Positions 20,296 to 31,046 are shown, counted from the first letter of the stretch. The stretch is 64,000 nucleotides of DNA from an uncultured Candidatus Saccharibacteria bacterium (GCA_964387275.1 CAYLVW010000004.1:10525-74524), one strand, 5' to 3'. Made by a program: numbers and translations. The notes: generated by a model not told the origin, from the sequence alone.

Positions 20296-21225
20296 ATGAT
20301 TGAAGTAAATAAAATAAAAAAGACATATAACACTAATATAGTTTTGGATAATATCTCCTTTAAACTAAATTCGGGAGAAGTAGTAGGACTACTTGGCCCA
20401 AATGGGGCGGGTAAAACTACAACTATGAGAATAATTTCAGGATTTATATCTCCAGATTCAGGTGATGTATTGGTAGAAGGAAAATCCGTAAGTAAGGATG
20501 CAGTTTTAGTACAGTTAGATATTGGTTACTTACCTGAAAATAACCCCCTATACAAAGATTTTTTGGTAAAAGATATGTTAGAAACTTCCTCCTTGCTTAA
20601 AGGCCTTACTGGTAAGGAAAAGGAAGAGAACATAAAATTTGCTGTTAAGGCTGTTAATATAGGTGATGTTTACTATAAGCCAGTAAAGGAATTGTCTAAA
20701 GGATACAAGCAGCGTGTGGGTATAGCTATGGCACTTTTATCTAAACCAAAGCTTCTGATTTTAGATGAGCCGACCGAAGGCTTAGATCCAAATCAAAGAG
20801 CAGAGATCAGGACTTTAATTAAAAAACTTTCAAAAGATCAAGCCATACTGTTATCCACTCACGTCATGCAGGAAGTAGAAACTATGTGCGACAGAGTAGT
20901 AGTTATTAATAAAGGTAAGATAGTTGCAGATTCAAAAACATCTGAACTTAAGAGTAAATTCAAGGTGTTGGGAGTTCTGACTGCATCAATCGAAGGGTCT
21001 GATATAGTTGAGAAAATTAAATCACTAAAACAAGTCCAAGAAGTTCAGGAGCTATCTAAGTTTTCAAATACAGTATCAATTAAAATTGTTCTGAAAGGTA
21101 CTGATAAGATTCAGCCAGAACTTTCTCGTCTTGCAAGAGAAAATAATTGGACAATTTGGAAATTAATAGAAGAATCCCAAGGATTAGAAGAACTGTTTCA
21201 TGAAATTACTACGGAGGAGAAATAA
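20296..21225 (+). CDS. ABC transporter ATP-binding protein (GldA-like)
   Basis: GPNGAGKTT, LSKGYKQR, LDEPT and STH. Likely start is ATG 20296; the longer ORF call is translated repeat. Confidence 0.92.
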   Translation: MIEVNKIKKTYNTNIVLDNISFKLNSGEVVGLLGPNGAGKTTTMRIISGFISPDSGDVLVEGKSVSKDAVLVQLDIGYLPENNPLYKDFLVKDMLETSSLLKGLTGKEKEENIKFAVKAVNIGDVYYKPVKELSKGYKQRVGIAMALLSKPKLLILDEPTEGLDPNQRAEIRTLIKKLSKDQAILLSTHVMQEVETMCDRVVVINKGKIVADSKTSELKSKFKVLGVLTASIEGSDIVEKIKSLKQVQEVQELSKFSNTVSIKIVLKGTDKIQPELSRLARENNWTIWKLIEESQGLEELFHEITTEEK

Positions 21226-23496
21226 ATGAAAAATTTTAATTATAAAAACGTATTTTCTATAGCAAAAAAAGAACTACTATCGTATGTAAGTACGCCTTCA
21301 TACTACATAGTCTTAGTATTATTTGTTGTCTTGTGGTTTTTCTTCTTTTTTAAGAATGCTTTTTTGGTTGGAGATGCAACTCTTAGATCGCTTTTTGATA
21401 TGATGCCTTGGTTTACATTAGTTCTTGTTCCGGCTCTTACCATGGGGCTTATATCCAAGGAAAAAGACGAAGGCACATTGGAATTTCTGCTAACACATCC
21501 TCTTAGAAATGCCGAATTAGTTTTGGGTAAGTTCATAGGAGTTTGTGTTTATATTCTTCCGTCGTTATTGCTAACTGTTGTTACGGCATTCTCGTTTTCT
21601 CTATATAGTGATTTTGATTGGGGTGCATATGTTGTTCAGCTGTTTGGCGCTGTCTTATTCATGTTCTCCCTTGCTGCAATGGGACTTTTTATATCAGCCT
21701 TGTTCTCTAATCAGATCGCTTCCCTTCTAGTGACTGCTGCTGCAAGCTTTATGTTTATACTTATGGGGTCTGAGTTCTTGACCAATTCCCTACCCCTTTC
21801 ACTTACTAGGTTTGCGGGTAATTTGTCCATGTCTCAACACTTAAACTCAATGTCTAGAGGTGTTATTGAATCAAGAGATTTGGTTTATTTTATCTCGTTT
21901 ATTCTGACTTTTTTAACACTCACTTATATTAATCTTTCTCTTAGAAAAACTACTAAACGAGTGATGCCTTATTTTTCCAACGGATTATTGTTTATTGTAA
22001 TAGTTACTATTTTCACAGGAATTAATAGTTTTGGGGATATCTTACCCGGTCGTTTGGACCTTACAAGTGCTAAAACTTACACGTTATCCGAATCAACTAA
22101 AGAAGTACTAAGTCTTTTAGAGAACAATTTAGAAATTAACTACTATGTTTCTAGAGAGTTACCAGTTCAGTACACTCCTTTATCTAAGGAAATTTCCGAT
22201 TTGCTAAAGGATTATCAATTTTATTCAAGGGGTAAAGTTGTCGTAAACATAAAGGACCCTTCTTCGAAACCAGAGCTGGTCCCTGAAGCACAATCAGCAG
22301 GTGTTACTGAAGTACAGTTTAATGTTGTAGGTCAGGAGGAGTTTCAGGTTAAGAAGGGTTATTTAGGTCTTGCATTTTCCTATGGAGATAGGAAAGAAGT
22401 AATTCCTGCTGTTACTGATACAAGTGATCTTGAATATCAGTTGACTTCGCTAATACTAAAACTTTCTATCAAAGATAAAAATAATATTGTATTTTTGAGT
22501 GGTCACGATGAAAAATCTCCCTTTAGTGATTACTCGGTTTTAATAGATGACTTAGTTAAGACTAGCAACGTAGATACTATAGCCTATAATGAAAAGTCTA
22601 AGTCTTTGGAAATCCCAGAGAATACCAATTTGCTTATAATTGCAGGACCTAAGAAGGAGATTACCGAAACCGAAAGCAAGGAAATATCCTCATTTATGGC
22701 CAAAGGCGGTAATGTTTTGTTTTTGATAGATATGTTTAATATCGACACATCTATTGGGTTTGCTGAGGAGAATACAAATAGTTTCGCTCAGTTTTTGAAA
22801 GAGCTTGGTGTTAGCGTGAACAAAGACGCCCTTTATGATGTCCAATTCAATGAAACAATTAGGTTTGGTGGCGGTGGTGCTAATTACTTACTTCCCTATC
22901 CATTTTGGGCAAGAACTGGAATAACAGAGGAGGCATTTAATCTAGGTTTTGGTAAGATAAATTTTGTAAGTTTGCCTTGGACTGCTACTTTATCTTTAGA
23001 CACGCAGAAATTAAACAATGCTGGTTATACCTCGAAAGTGCTATTGGTTTCTTCAAACACAGCTGGTGTTAAGAATGACAGCTTTACTATAAGTCCTGAA
23101 AAATCAAACTTTGGGATTGATAACTTAAAGTCTAGAGAACTGGTGTATCTTTTGGAGCCACAGCAAATGAGCAAAGACACTTCAGTAGGGATTATACCTG
23201 GAAAGATAGCTGTTGTAGGCGATTCTGATTTCCTTACAGATCAGTTTGTTACTAATAATGTTGGTAATTTTTCTTTCGGTCTTGGTTTGGTTTCTAATTT
23301 GGCAGGTTCTAATTCTTTGTCTGATATTAAATCAAAATCTTCCGGAGCCAGTAAATTGCAGTTTGAAAATCAAACACAACCAGATTTCGTAAGATTTAGT
23401 AATATGACTGTGTTTGTGTTGGTTCCAGTACTTGTTGGTCTAGGTTTTTATTTTAGACGAAGGTATTTGTACGGAAGAAGTTTTGAGGGTTTGTAG
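21226..23496 (+). CDS. ABC-2 permease fused to a GldG-like auxiliary domain (GldF-GldG-type fusion)
   Basis: EKDEGTLEFLLTHP, DLTSAKTYTLS, LEYQLT, FLSGHDE and VVGDSDF; C-terminal TM followed by RRR. Confidence 0.85.
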   Translation: MKNFNYKNVFSIAKKELLSYVSTPSYYIVLVLFVVLWFFFFFKNAFLVGDATLRSLFDMMPWFTLVLVPALTMGLISKEKDEGTLEFLLTHPLRNAELVLGKFIGVCVYILPSLLLTVVTAFSFSLYSDFDWGAYVVQLFGAVLFMFSLAAMGLFISALFSNQIASLLVTAAASFMFILMGSEFLTNSLPLSLTRFAGNLSMSQHLNSMSRGVIESRDLVYFISFILTFLTLTYINLSLRKTTKRVMPYFSNGLLFIVIVTIFTGINSFGDILPGRLDLTSAKTYTLSESTKEVLSLLENNLEINYYVSRELPVQYTPLSKEISDLLKDYQFYSRGKVVVNIKDPSSKPELVPEAQSAGVTEVQFNVVGQEEFQVKKGYLGLAFSYGDRKEVIPAVTDTSDLEYQLTSLILKLSIKDKNNIVFLSGHDEKSPFSDYSVLIDDLVKTSNVDTIAYNEKSKSLEIPENTNLLIIAGPKKEITETESKEISSFMAKGGNVLFLIDMFNIDTSIGFAEENTNSFAQFLKELGVSVNKDALYDVQFNETIRFGGGGANYLLPYPFWARTGITEEAFNLGFGKINFVSLPWTATLSLDTQKLNNAGYTSKVLLVSSNTAGVKNDSFTISPEKSNFGIDNLKSRELVYLLEPQQMSKDTSVGIIPGKIAVVGDSDFLTDQFVTNNVGNFSFGLGLVSNLAGSNSLSDIKSKSSGASKLQFENQTQPDFVRFSNMTVFVLVPVLVGLGFYFRRRYLYGRSFEGL

Positions 23497-23530
23497 TTTT
23501 AGTTTTTGGTTGTGAAGATTTTTTAGGTAG

Positions 23531-23561
23531 ATGGGGGGGGCTGCTTCGCAGCCCCCCCCAT
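23531..23561. repeat. GC-rich hairpin H1
   Basis: Perfect 14-bp stem ATGGGGGGGGCTGC-TTC-GCAGCCCCCCCCAT; the minus strand contains GCGAAGC. Confidence 0.9.
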
Positions 23562-23648
23562 TAATTACAACGCAAAACTACCACCTTGATCTACCGATAA
23601 ATCGACAGACAAGCAAGGATTAGCCTTATACTTCAAAAAAAGAGAAAA

Positions 23649-24269
23649 TTAACTCAATAAATCTAATAGCTGCTCTGGTGTATCTGCAACTCTTCCCGGA
23701 TTTAAATTTACCAAAGAATCCCTATTGTTAAATCCCCAAGAGACACTAACTACCTCAACTTTTGCTTTTCGCATTGCCTCTATATCCCTAATCTCGTCTC
23801 CTATATAAATTACTTTATCGTTTTTTAACTTCTTAGTTACCTTTTTTATACAGTCTGCTTTACCCAAAATTTTAGAACATTCTTCGACAAACTCAAATTT
23901 ATCTAACAAACCCTCCCTATCAAGAAAATTTATTATTAAGTTATGTGAATTCGATGAGAGTATTCCTAACTTGTAGTTGTTACTAAGCTTATCTATGACA
24001 TCATTCATACCTTCTTTTAATCGAATTTCTGAAATTATTTTTGTCATGTATTCTTGAATTTCAAGAGTTATACTGGGAAGTTTATGTAATGGTAGCTTTA
24101 ATTTTTTAAATAAATCTGAAGCCCCAAGTGATCTATAGGCCTGAATTTGATCGTCAGTAAGTTTAGTTTTTAATTCTCTGTCAGATATTTCTCTCAATTT
24201 ATTTATTAATAACTTCGAATCATCTGCTAAAGTTCCATCAAAATCAAAAATAACATAATCAAAAATCAT
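23649..24269 (-). CDS. HAD-family hydrolase (phosphoglycolate phosphatase-like)
   Basis: FDFDGTL, LSSN, YIGDEIRD and WGFN motifs. Confidence 0.88.
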   Translation of the reverse strand: MIFDYVIFDFDGTLADDSKLLINKLREISDRELKTKLTDDQIQAYRSLGASDLFKKLKLPLHKLPSITLEIQEYMTKIISEIRLKEGMNDVIDKLSNNYKLGILSSNSHNLIINFLDREGLLDKFEFVEECSKILGKADCIKKVTKKLKNDKVIYIGDEIRDIEAMRKAKVEVVSVSWGFNNRDSLVNLNPGRVADTPEQLLDLLS

Positions 24270-24455
24270 GTTATTAACTTTACAGTTAATTGTATTTTTT
24301 AGTCAAAGGTTTTACGAATTAAATTTGAGATGTCAGTTAACTCAGCAAATAAACAAATAGCCTTGCTACTATTAAACTTTATGAGTTTGTCGTTTTTTTG
24401 TTTGAACCCACAAAGTATCTGGTTTTTTGGAAAAATCAGCTAAAATAGTCTTACG

Positions 24456-26501
24456 ATGCTGCCCAAGCTATTTAATCCTGAAAGTATTGTAATATTAGGT
24501 GTTTCCAAAGACCCAAAGAAGGTAGGTCATATTACACTTAGAAATATTTTGACTGCCGGATACAAAGGTAAGGTAACACCTGTAAACCCATCTGGCGGTG
24601 AGATATTAGGCACCCCAGTTACTAAAAATATTGACTTAATTAAAGACACACCTGATTTATGTATCATTTCCCTTCCTGTTGCTACTGCACTAGCCGAACT
24701 TGAGAAGGCAAGCAAGAAAGGATGGAAGAACTTTGTTCTTTTTACGGCAGGATTTAAAGAATCTGGTGTTGAAGGGGCAAAACAGGAAGACCTATTAAAA
24801 TCATTAATAAACAAGTACAAAATTAATGTTTTAGGTCCTAATTGCTTTGGGTTTTTAAATACCAGTATTGGGTTAAATGCAACATTTGGCCAGAATGTTA
24901 GTACCTCTGGTAATATGAACTTTGTATCTCAATCAGGCGCTATTGCTGCCAGTATTTTTGATTGGGGTCTATATCATGGTATTGGTTTTAGTGATTTTAT
25001 TACTCTCGGGAATAAAACTACCTTAGACGAGAACGACGTTTTAGAATATTGGGCAAATGTATTTGAGGAAACCGGTAGTTATAAGCCTATTGGTATGTAT
25101 CTAGAGTCTATAAATGATGGAAGGAGATTCCTCTCTGTAATATCCAGGCTTACTCCTTACACCACGGTTTTTATAATTAAACCAGGTAAATCAGATCTTG
25201 CTAAAAAGGCTATGAAATCTCATACTGGATCTCTAGCCGGATCGGACACCGTACTTGATGCTGCTCTAAAGCAGTACGGAGTCATAAGGTGTGATTCTTT
25301 ATCTGAAATGTTTGATCTAATAATGTTACTTTCATGGTCTAATATACCTTCTAGTTGGTCAGGAGCAATTATTTCAAACGCTGGAGGACCTGCAGTAATA
25401 AGTAGTGATCTTGTCTCAGAACATGGATTAACACTAGTTGATTTTGATGATATCACTAGGGGTTTATTGCTAAAACATTTACCACCCTCAGCAAGCGTAA
25501 TAGATCCAGTTGATGTTTTAGGCGATGCATTGGCAGATAGGTACGCTCAATCTTTTGATATTATTTTAAGAAACAAGGAAGTAGATTTCTTAATTGTAAT
25601 TTTGACACCTCAGGTAATGACTCAGATAGAAGAAACTGCTCTTGCTATAAGCTTGGCTAGAAGTAAAACAAAAATCCCAATTTATGCTACTTTCATAGGT
25701 GGGAAAGAAGTACTAAAGGGTAATAAAATTCTCTCCGATAAGAAAATTCCGCATTTTAGTTTCCCGGATAATATAGTTAAATCTCTTTCAAAGCTTTTAT
25801 GGTGGAATAAAAAGCGCACATCTATAGTTCCTGTTATGCTATCTAAGTTATTTGTATCGACGGGAAATCGCAAAATACTAAAATACAATGAAACTGAGGC
25901 TTTGATTGAGCGTTATCACCTGAACTCCCCAAAGTACTTGGAGATTAAAGAAGAAAAGATGTTGCTGGAGGTACAGGAGTCTTTAGGGTACCCATGTGTT
26001 TTAAAAATATCTGATGATAATATACTTCATAAGACTGAACACAGTGGTGTTATTACAAATATTACCGATAAGACTGAATTACATAATAAATTCCGTGATT
26101 TACGAAATCTATTTCCTACTTCCTCTATCATAGCCCAAGAGCAGATAACAAGCGGGGTGGAGATTATCATAGGAGTAAAGAGAGATCCAAACTTTGGTCA
26201 TATATTAATGTTTGGAGCTGGGGGGATTCTGACTGAGCTGATTTCTGACGTGAATTTAAGGGTATTACCAATTGGGAAAGATGACTATTTTGATTATATA
26301 AGTTCATCTAAAATCTTTAAGCTGTTATCTGGGTATAGAAATCTTGAGAAAGTTAATCTTAATTCTTTGGAGAGGCTGGTAAAAGGTGTTTGTAAGATGG
26401 CTTTAGATATTCCTGAGATCGTTGAGTTTGAGATAAATCCTGTTATTGGGAATTCAAAGAAAGCATTTTCTGTTGATATTAAGTGTATTTTAGAAAACTA
26501 A
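24456..26501 (+). CDS. Acetate/acyl-CoA ligase (ADP-forming), fused alpha-beta
   Basis: LGPNCFG, SQSGA, SHTGSLAG (phospho-His), NAGGP, HKTE and EINP motifs. Confidence 0.9.
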   Translation: MLPKLFNPESIVILGVSKDPKKVGHITLRNILTAGYKGKVTPVNPSGGEILGTPVTKNIDLIKDTPDLCIISLPVATALAELEKASKKGWKNFVLFTAGFKESGVEGAKQEDLLKSLINKYKINVLGPNCFGFLNTSIGLNATFGQNVSTSGNMNFVSQSGAIAASIFDWGLYHGIGFSDFITLGNKTTLDENDVLEYWANVFEETGSYKPIGMYLESINDGRRFLSVISRLTPYTTVFIIKPGKSDLAKKAMKSHTGSLAGSDTVLDAALKQYGVIRCDSLSEMFDLIMLLSWSNIPSSWSGAIISNAGGPAVISSDLVSEHGLTLVDFDDITRGLLLKHLPPSASVIDPVDVLGDALADRYAQSFDIILRNKEVDFLIVILTPQVMTQIEETALAISLARSKTKIPIYATFIGGKEVLKGNKILSDKKIPHFSFPDNIVKSLSKLLWWNKKRTSIVPVMLSKLFVSTGNRKILKYNETEALIERYHLNSPKYLEIKEEKMLLEVQESLGYPCVLKISDDNILHKTEHSGVITNITDKTELHNKFRDLRNLFPTSSIIAQEQITSGVEIIIGVKRDPNFGHILMFGAGGILTELISDVNLRVLPIGKDDYFDYISSSKIFKLLSGYRNLEKVNLNSLERLVKGVCKMALDIPEIVEFEINPVIGNSKKAFSVDIKCILEN

Positions 26502-26506
26502 TAATA

Positions 26507-27739
26507 ATGAACTATGATAGAAAAAGAATTGTAATAGTCGGTTCGGGATTTGCAGGAGTAAAAGCAGCAATGAGGCTAAATTCTTTGGTTGGAGATAAGG
26601 CTAAGGTCACTCTGGTTAGTAACACATCTCATTTTGAATATCATGCAACGTTGTATAGGGTTGCTTCGGGTTGTTCTCCTTTTGAAGTATGCATTCCACT
26701 TAGTGAGATTTTTCTGGGCTCTAAAGTTGAGATTGTTAAAGACGCTATCCTTTCTATTGATACTCAGAATAGTTGTGTGAGTGGTAAATCTGGGTCTTTG
26801 TATCATTATGATTACCTTGTTTTGGGTTTAGGTAGTGAGGCTGCTTTTTTTAATATTGATGGAGTTCGGGAAAACTCCTATTCATTCAAAAATGTCTCAG
26901 ATGCATTAAGATTAAAGAAACACCTTTATGAATCTTTTAAATCCTGTGTAGTTGAGGATTCCATGGACAATAAAAAATGTTCTTCCCACATTGTGATCGT
27001 CGGGGGTGGTGCAAGTGGCGTGGAACTAGCAGGACAGATGGTAGACTTTTGTAATCAGCTAGCTGAAGAATTTCACGTAGATCCAACATTTTTAAGAATA
27101 GATTTAGTAGAAAGTTCCGATAGGATTTTACGTAATATGAGTGTTGAAGCTTCGGAGGCTGCAATGAGGAGACTTGAAGATTTAGGTGTTAACGTGATAT
27201 TGGGTAAATCTATTTTAAAAGAAGATCTTGATACAGTCTATTTGCAAGGCTCTGAAATCAAAGCGAAAACTGTAATATGGACAGCTGGAATTGTAGCTAA
27301 CCCTGTATTAAAAACTGCTACTGGGTTTTCTTTCAACAACAGAGGTCAAGTTGTTGTTGATGATAACTTAAATCCTATTGGGCTAAATACTATTTATGTT
27401 ACAGGTGATGCTGCGGCAACTAAATATTCTGGTTGGGCTCAGACAGCTTTATATGATGGGAGTTTTGTAGCCGGAAAAATCTCAGATAGAATTAATCGTA
27501 CAAGTTTAAACGAAACATATATACCTTTTGAACCTCTTAACTATATACCAATAGGTAACAAGTGGGCACTTGCCGATTACAATGGTTTTATCATATCTGG
27601 TTTTTTTGGATGGCTATTTCGCAGGTATTTCGATCTTACAGTTTATATGTCTCTACTTCCATTTGATAAGGCCCTAAAGGCATTTCTTAGTACTTGGCTT
27701 GATAAAGATTCTTGTAAGACTTGTAAGGAGTTGGAATAA
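26507..27739 (+). CDS. Type II NADH dehydrogenase-family FAD oxidoreductase
   Basis: GSGFAG, GGGASGVELAG, WTAG, GD and AQTA motifs. Start moved to ATG 26507. Confidence 0.85.
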   Translation: MNYDRKRIVIVGSGFAGVKAAMRLNSLVGDKAKVTLVSNTSHFEYHATLYRVASGCSPFEVCIPLSEIFLGSKVEIVKDAILSIDTQNSCVSGKSGSLYHYDYLVLGLGSEAAFFNIDGVRENSYSFKNVSDALRLKKHLYESFKSCVVEDSMDNKKCSSHIVIVGGGASGVELAGQMVDFCNQLAEEFHVDPTFLRIDLVESSDRILRNMSVEASEAAMRRLEDLGVNVILGKSILKEDLDTVYLQGSEIKAKTVIWTAGIVANPVLKTATGFSFNNRGQVVVDDNLNPIGLNTIYVTGDAAATKYSGWAQTALYDGSFVAGKISDRINRTSLNETYIPFEPLNYIPIGNKWALADYNGFIISGFFGWLFRRYFDLTVYMSLLPFDKALKAFLSTWLDKDSCKTCKELE

Positions 27740-27746
27740 TAAGTTT

Positions 27747-28595
27747 ATGTACGTTTCCATAGACATAGGTGGAACCAAAACTAGAATAGCCTCTTCAAAA
27801 AATCTTCGGGATTTATATAAAGTTAAGAAGTTTCCAAGCTCATGGAACCTCAAAGAAGAAAAGCAAAATATACTCAGGGGTATAGATGAGGTCTCTGATG
27901 GAAAATCTGTAAGATGCATATGTATAGGTGTGCCAGGTCGTGTAGATTACTTAAGTGAGAAGTTTTTTAAACTACCAAATTACAGCGTACTAAATGATTT
28001 TCCCTTTGATTTTCTAGTAGGTGGTAAATATAGTAAAACTAAATTACTGGTAGAAAATGATGCCGCTTTAGCTGGCCTTGGGGAAGCAATGTTGGGAGCG
28101 GGTCTTACAAGTAAGGTTACAGCTTATATAACACTAAGTACGGGAGTGGGAGGTGTTAGGGTTGAGAAGATGAAGAAAAGCGTAAATTATTACTATTCAG
28201 AGCCTGGACATCAGATAGTTATGATGGATGGTAGGTATAATTCTAGTACAGGTCATCGAGGTTCTCTAGAGTCTTACATATCTGGCAGAGCTTTTGAGGA
28301 TATATATGGAGTTAAACCAGAGAAATGCGAGGTTGAGGCTTTTTGGCTGGATTATGCACGGTACTTAGCCGTTGGAATTCATAATGTCTCTGCAATGTGG
28401 GTGCCTGATCTTGTTGTACTGGGAGGAAGTTTATCAAAAAAGTTCCCTTTTTATAAATCTGAGCTAAGAAGATTACTTAGTACTGAGAAGTTTTTATCTA
28501 TCCCAAAAATAGTTACAGCTGAATTTTCTGATGACGCAGGTTTAATAGGTGGCTTTGTAAAAATAGGTCTTAGCAAGATAATTACTAAGCAATGA
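27747..28595 (+). CDS. ROK-family sugar kinase
   Basis: DIGGTK, GVPG, ENDA, STGVGG, EPGH and LGG motifs. Start moved to ATG 27747. Confidence 0.88.
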   Translation: MYVSIDIGGTKTRIASSKNLRDLYKVKKFPSSWNLKEEKQNILRGIDEVSDGKSVRCICIGVPGRVDYLSEKFFKLPNYSVLNDFPFDFLVGGKYSKTKLLVENDAALAGLGEAMLGAGLTSKVTAYITLSTGVGGVRVEKMKKSVNYYYSEPGHQIVMMDGRYNSSTGHRGSLESYISGRAFEDIYGVKPEKCEVEAFWLDYARYLAVGIHNVSAMWVPDLVVLGGSLSKKFPFYKSELRRLLSTEKFLSIPKIVTAEFSDDAGLIGGFVKIGLSKIITKQ

Positions 28596-28738
28596 GTTTA
28601 TTATAATTTTTAGGTACTATTTTTTGGACTATCTACCAACAACATCTTACTTGTAGATACTAGTTATACTATATAAGTAACTCTAAGGCATAGGATAGAC
28701 AATATACGGTTATTATAGGATGAAAATTTGATTATTTC

Positions 28739-29842
28739 TTATTTTCTAAATAGGGCTTTAGCTGTGTCCCAATAGAAAGGCTCATTGTTGTGTTCTTTTT
28801 CCCATAACCACCATTCTGCTCCCCATACATAGTAATGTTTAAATCCTGCATTTTGTGCATAACTTATTGTATCTATGAAGTCTTTTTTTGACATTGTCAT
28901 GTCTTTATCTTCTTTTGATAGTTTTGTATTGAGTCCTGGTCCCCAAGGTTCTCCTTGTAGTTCCGTAACATATATTCTATCGATAGGCACTCCTACTAAA
29001 TTGGCTTTGATTTTGTAGGTCCAGTGAGCCAGGGGGTATTGAAAGTAGATGAATCTGCCTAGAAACACTCCCCAGAAGTCGTACCAAATTTTTCTATACA
29101 TTGATATTCCTAGATAATCTCCAAGTGAGTATGTAGGTAGCCAGAACCCACCCTCACCGCTATCTTGAACTAGTATTGGTCTTTTATCTATTTGACGTAC
29201 AAGTTTTATTTCTTCCACGATAGGTCCTCTGTCTAATGGTGCACATTCCCCAAATGGGAAGAATGGTTCGTTTTCTATTTGCCATATCTTTATACTATTA
29301 TACTTTTTAAGTTCTATTACAGTATTCATTGTAAATTCATAAAGTTCCCTATTTTTAGTCTCTTTGTCTTTTAGATTTTTCCACCATTGTGGCTCAAAAC
29401 ATTCCGGATATCTTGGTACTTTTTGACCTACAGATAGTATTACATGTAAGTTTCGTTTTTCAGCTTCTTCAAGCTGCCATTTTATATCGTCGTAGTTATA
29501 TTTATCTGGTTCAGGTTCTGATTCGTCCCAATATACTATTAGCCGTAGATTTTTGGCTCCTAGGTCATCTAGTATTTTTAGATATGCTTGTTTCCAATCC
29601 AGTCCTATTTCCGTGGCATATTTTTTACTAAAAGTAGTTCCATATTCTATATCCTTTTGTGGGGTGGGACGTAACAAGACAAAAAGTATTATAGGCCCCA
29701 CTATAAGTACTGAAAGAACTATTAGGAATATTTTAGTTATTTTGAGCGAGAGTAATTTCTTTAATAGTGTTACAGCTGACTTAACCTGCTCCTTATAAGT
29801 TTGTTTATGCTTAAATTTTTGTAGTATGGCAGTAAGTTTCAT
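28739..29842 (-). CDS. Membrane-anchored clan GH-A glycoside hydrolase (GH5/GH42-like)
   Basis: N-terminal TM; WDESEP, WQIENEP (acid/base) and VTELQGEPW (nucleophile). Confidence 0.7.
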   Translation of the reverse strand: MKLTAILQKFKHKQTYKEQVKSAVTLLKKLLSLKITKIFLIVLSVLIVGPIILFVLLRPTPQKDIEYGTTFSKKYATEIGLDWKQAYLKILDDLGAKNLRLIVYWDESEPEPDKYNYDDIKWQLEEAEKRNLHVILSVGQKVPRYPECFEPQWWKNLKDKETKNRELYEFTMNTVIELKKYNSIKIWQIENEPFFPFGECAPLDRGPIVEEIKLVRQIDKRPILVQDSGEGGFWLPTYSLGDYLGISMYRKIWYDFWGVFLGRFIYFQYPLAHWTYKIKANLVGVPIDRIYVTELQGEPWGPGLNTKLSKEDKDMTMSKKDFIDTISYAQNAGFKHYYVWGAEWWLWEKEHNNEPFYWDTAKALFRK

Positions 29843-29843
29843 T

Positions 29844-31046
29844 TTAAAGCTCTAAAGCATTATTTCTACAAATATTAGCATAATAATAAAAAGACTTTCT
29901 AGGTTTTCTTTTTAAGTTGTCTTCCCTATCAATCTCAACCAAGCCGAATCTCGGCCAGTATCCATGATGCCATTCAAAGTTGTCTATAAGAGACCAGTGA
30001 AAGTACCCTTTTAAATCAACACCTTTGTTAATAACTCTATAACATGCGTGCAAAATGCTTTTAATTTGCTGAGGTCTATATTCATCTTTTTCATCCGGCA
30101 TGCCGCTTTCTGTTATATATATAGGTTTGTTGTACTTTTTTAGTTTTAAGAGTATTTTTTCAAGCCCATCGTAGTTTAAGAATGATTTTGGCTCTCTGAA
30201 CATATCAGGGGCTTTTACAGGCCAAATACTATGTAGTTTTATTGTGAAGTAATAGTTCATTGCAATTATATCTATATGGTTTTTTATGTGGAACATGAAA
30301 AAATCTGTGTTGGCAAAGTAAAGGAGTTTACAAAGCATTTTGTCTAGTAGTCTAAGGGGGCCTTTTGTTTCTTCATACCAAACCATTTGAAGTGGTATCC
30401 CTACTTTTATTTCAGAGTTTATTTGCTTTATAGTGTTATAAGCTTTTATGTGGGCATTAATAAAGTTATTTTGAACAATAACTGAGAGTACTGGATTAAT
30501 TAGATTTGGAGGCCACTTTCCATTTGCAAAACCATATACAATGTATACGTGTGGCTCATTTATAGTTAAAAATGTATCTACTAAGTCCGCAAATTCTTCT
30601 GTACATTTTTTTACATACCTAGAGAAGATCGTAGGTGATAAGGGATTTACCCAACCTCCTTTTTGTGAAAACCATAGGGGATTTGTAAAGTGGTGAAGTG
30701 TGACAAATGTTTTTAAGTTGCGTTCTTTTGCTGCTTGGAGGACTTTTCTGTAATGATTAATTTCTTTTTGGTCAAAATATCCTTCTGCTGGCTCTATTCT
30801 TGCCCACTCTATGCTTATTCTTATAGCATTATTATTTAGTTTTTTTGCTAGTTCAAAGTCCTCCTCGAACCTATTGTAGGAATCACAAGCTATTCCAGAT
30901 TGTTCTCTTGGGTATTTTGTATTTTTTTTCTTGGGCTTTTTTTCCCAGTGCCACCAATCAGTATTATCATTATTACCTTCTATTTGATACGCTGCTGTAG
31001 CTGTTCCCCATAGGAAATTGTTTGGAAAATGTAATAGTTTTGTCAT
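29844..31046 (-). CDS. Glycoside hydrolase family 1 (beta-glucosidase-like)
   Basis: FLWGTATAAYQIEG, TLHHF, TINEP, ITESG and WSLIDNFEW. Confidence 0.93.
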   Translation of the reverse strand: MTKLLHFPNNFLWGTATAAYQIEGNNDNTDWWHWEKKPKKKNTKYPREQSGIACDSYNRFEEDFELAKKLNNNAIRISIEWARIEPAEGYFDQKEINHYRKVLQAAKERNLKTFVTLHHFTNPLWFSQKGGWVNPLSPTIFSRYVKKCTEEFADLVDTFLTINEPHVYIVYGFANGKWPPNLINPVLSVIVQNNFINAHIKAYNTIKQINSEIKVGIPLQMVWYEETKGPLRLLDKMLCKLLYFANTDFFMFHIKNHIDIIAMNYYFTIKLHSIWPVKAPDMFREPKSFLNYDGLEKILLKLKKYNKPIYITESGMPDEKDEYRPQQIKSILHACYRVINKGVDLKGYFHWSLIDNFEWHHGYWPRFGLVEIDREDNLKRKPRKSFYYYANICRNNALEL

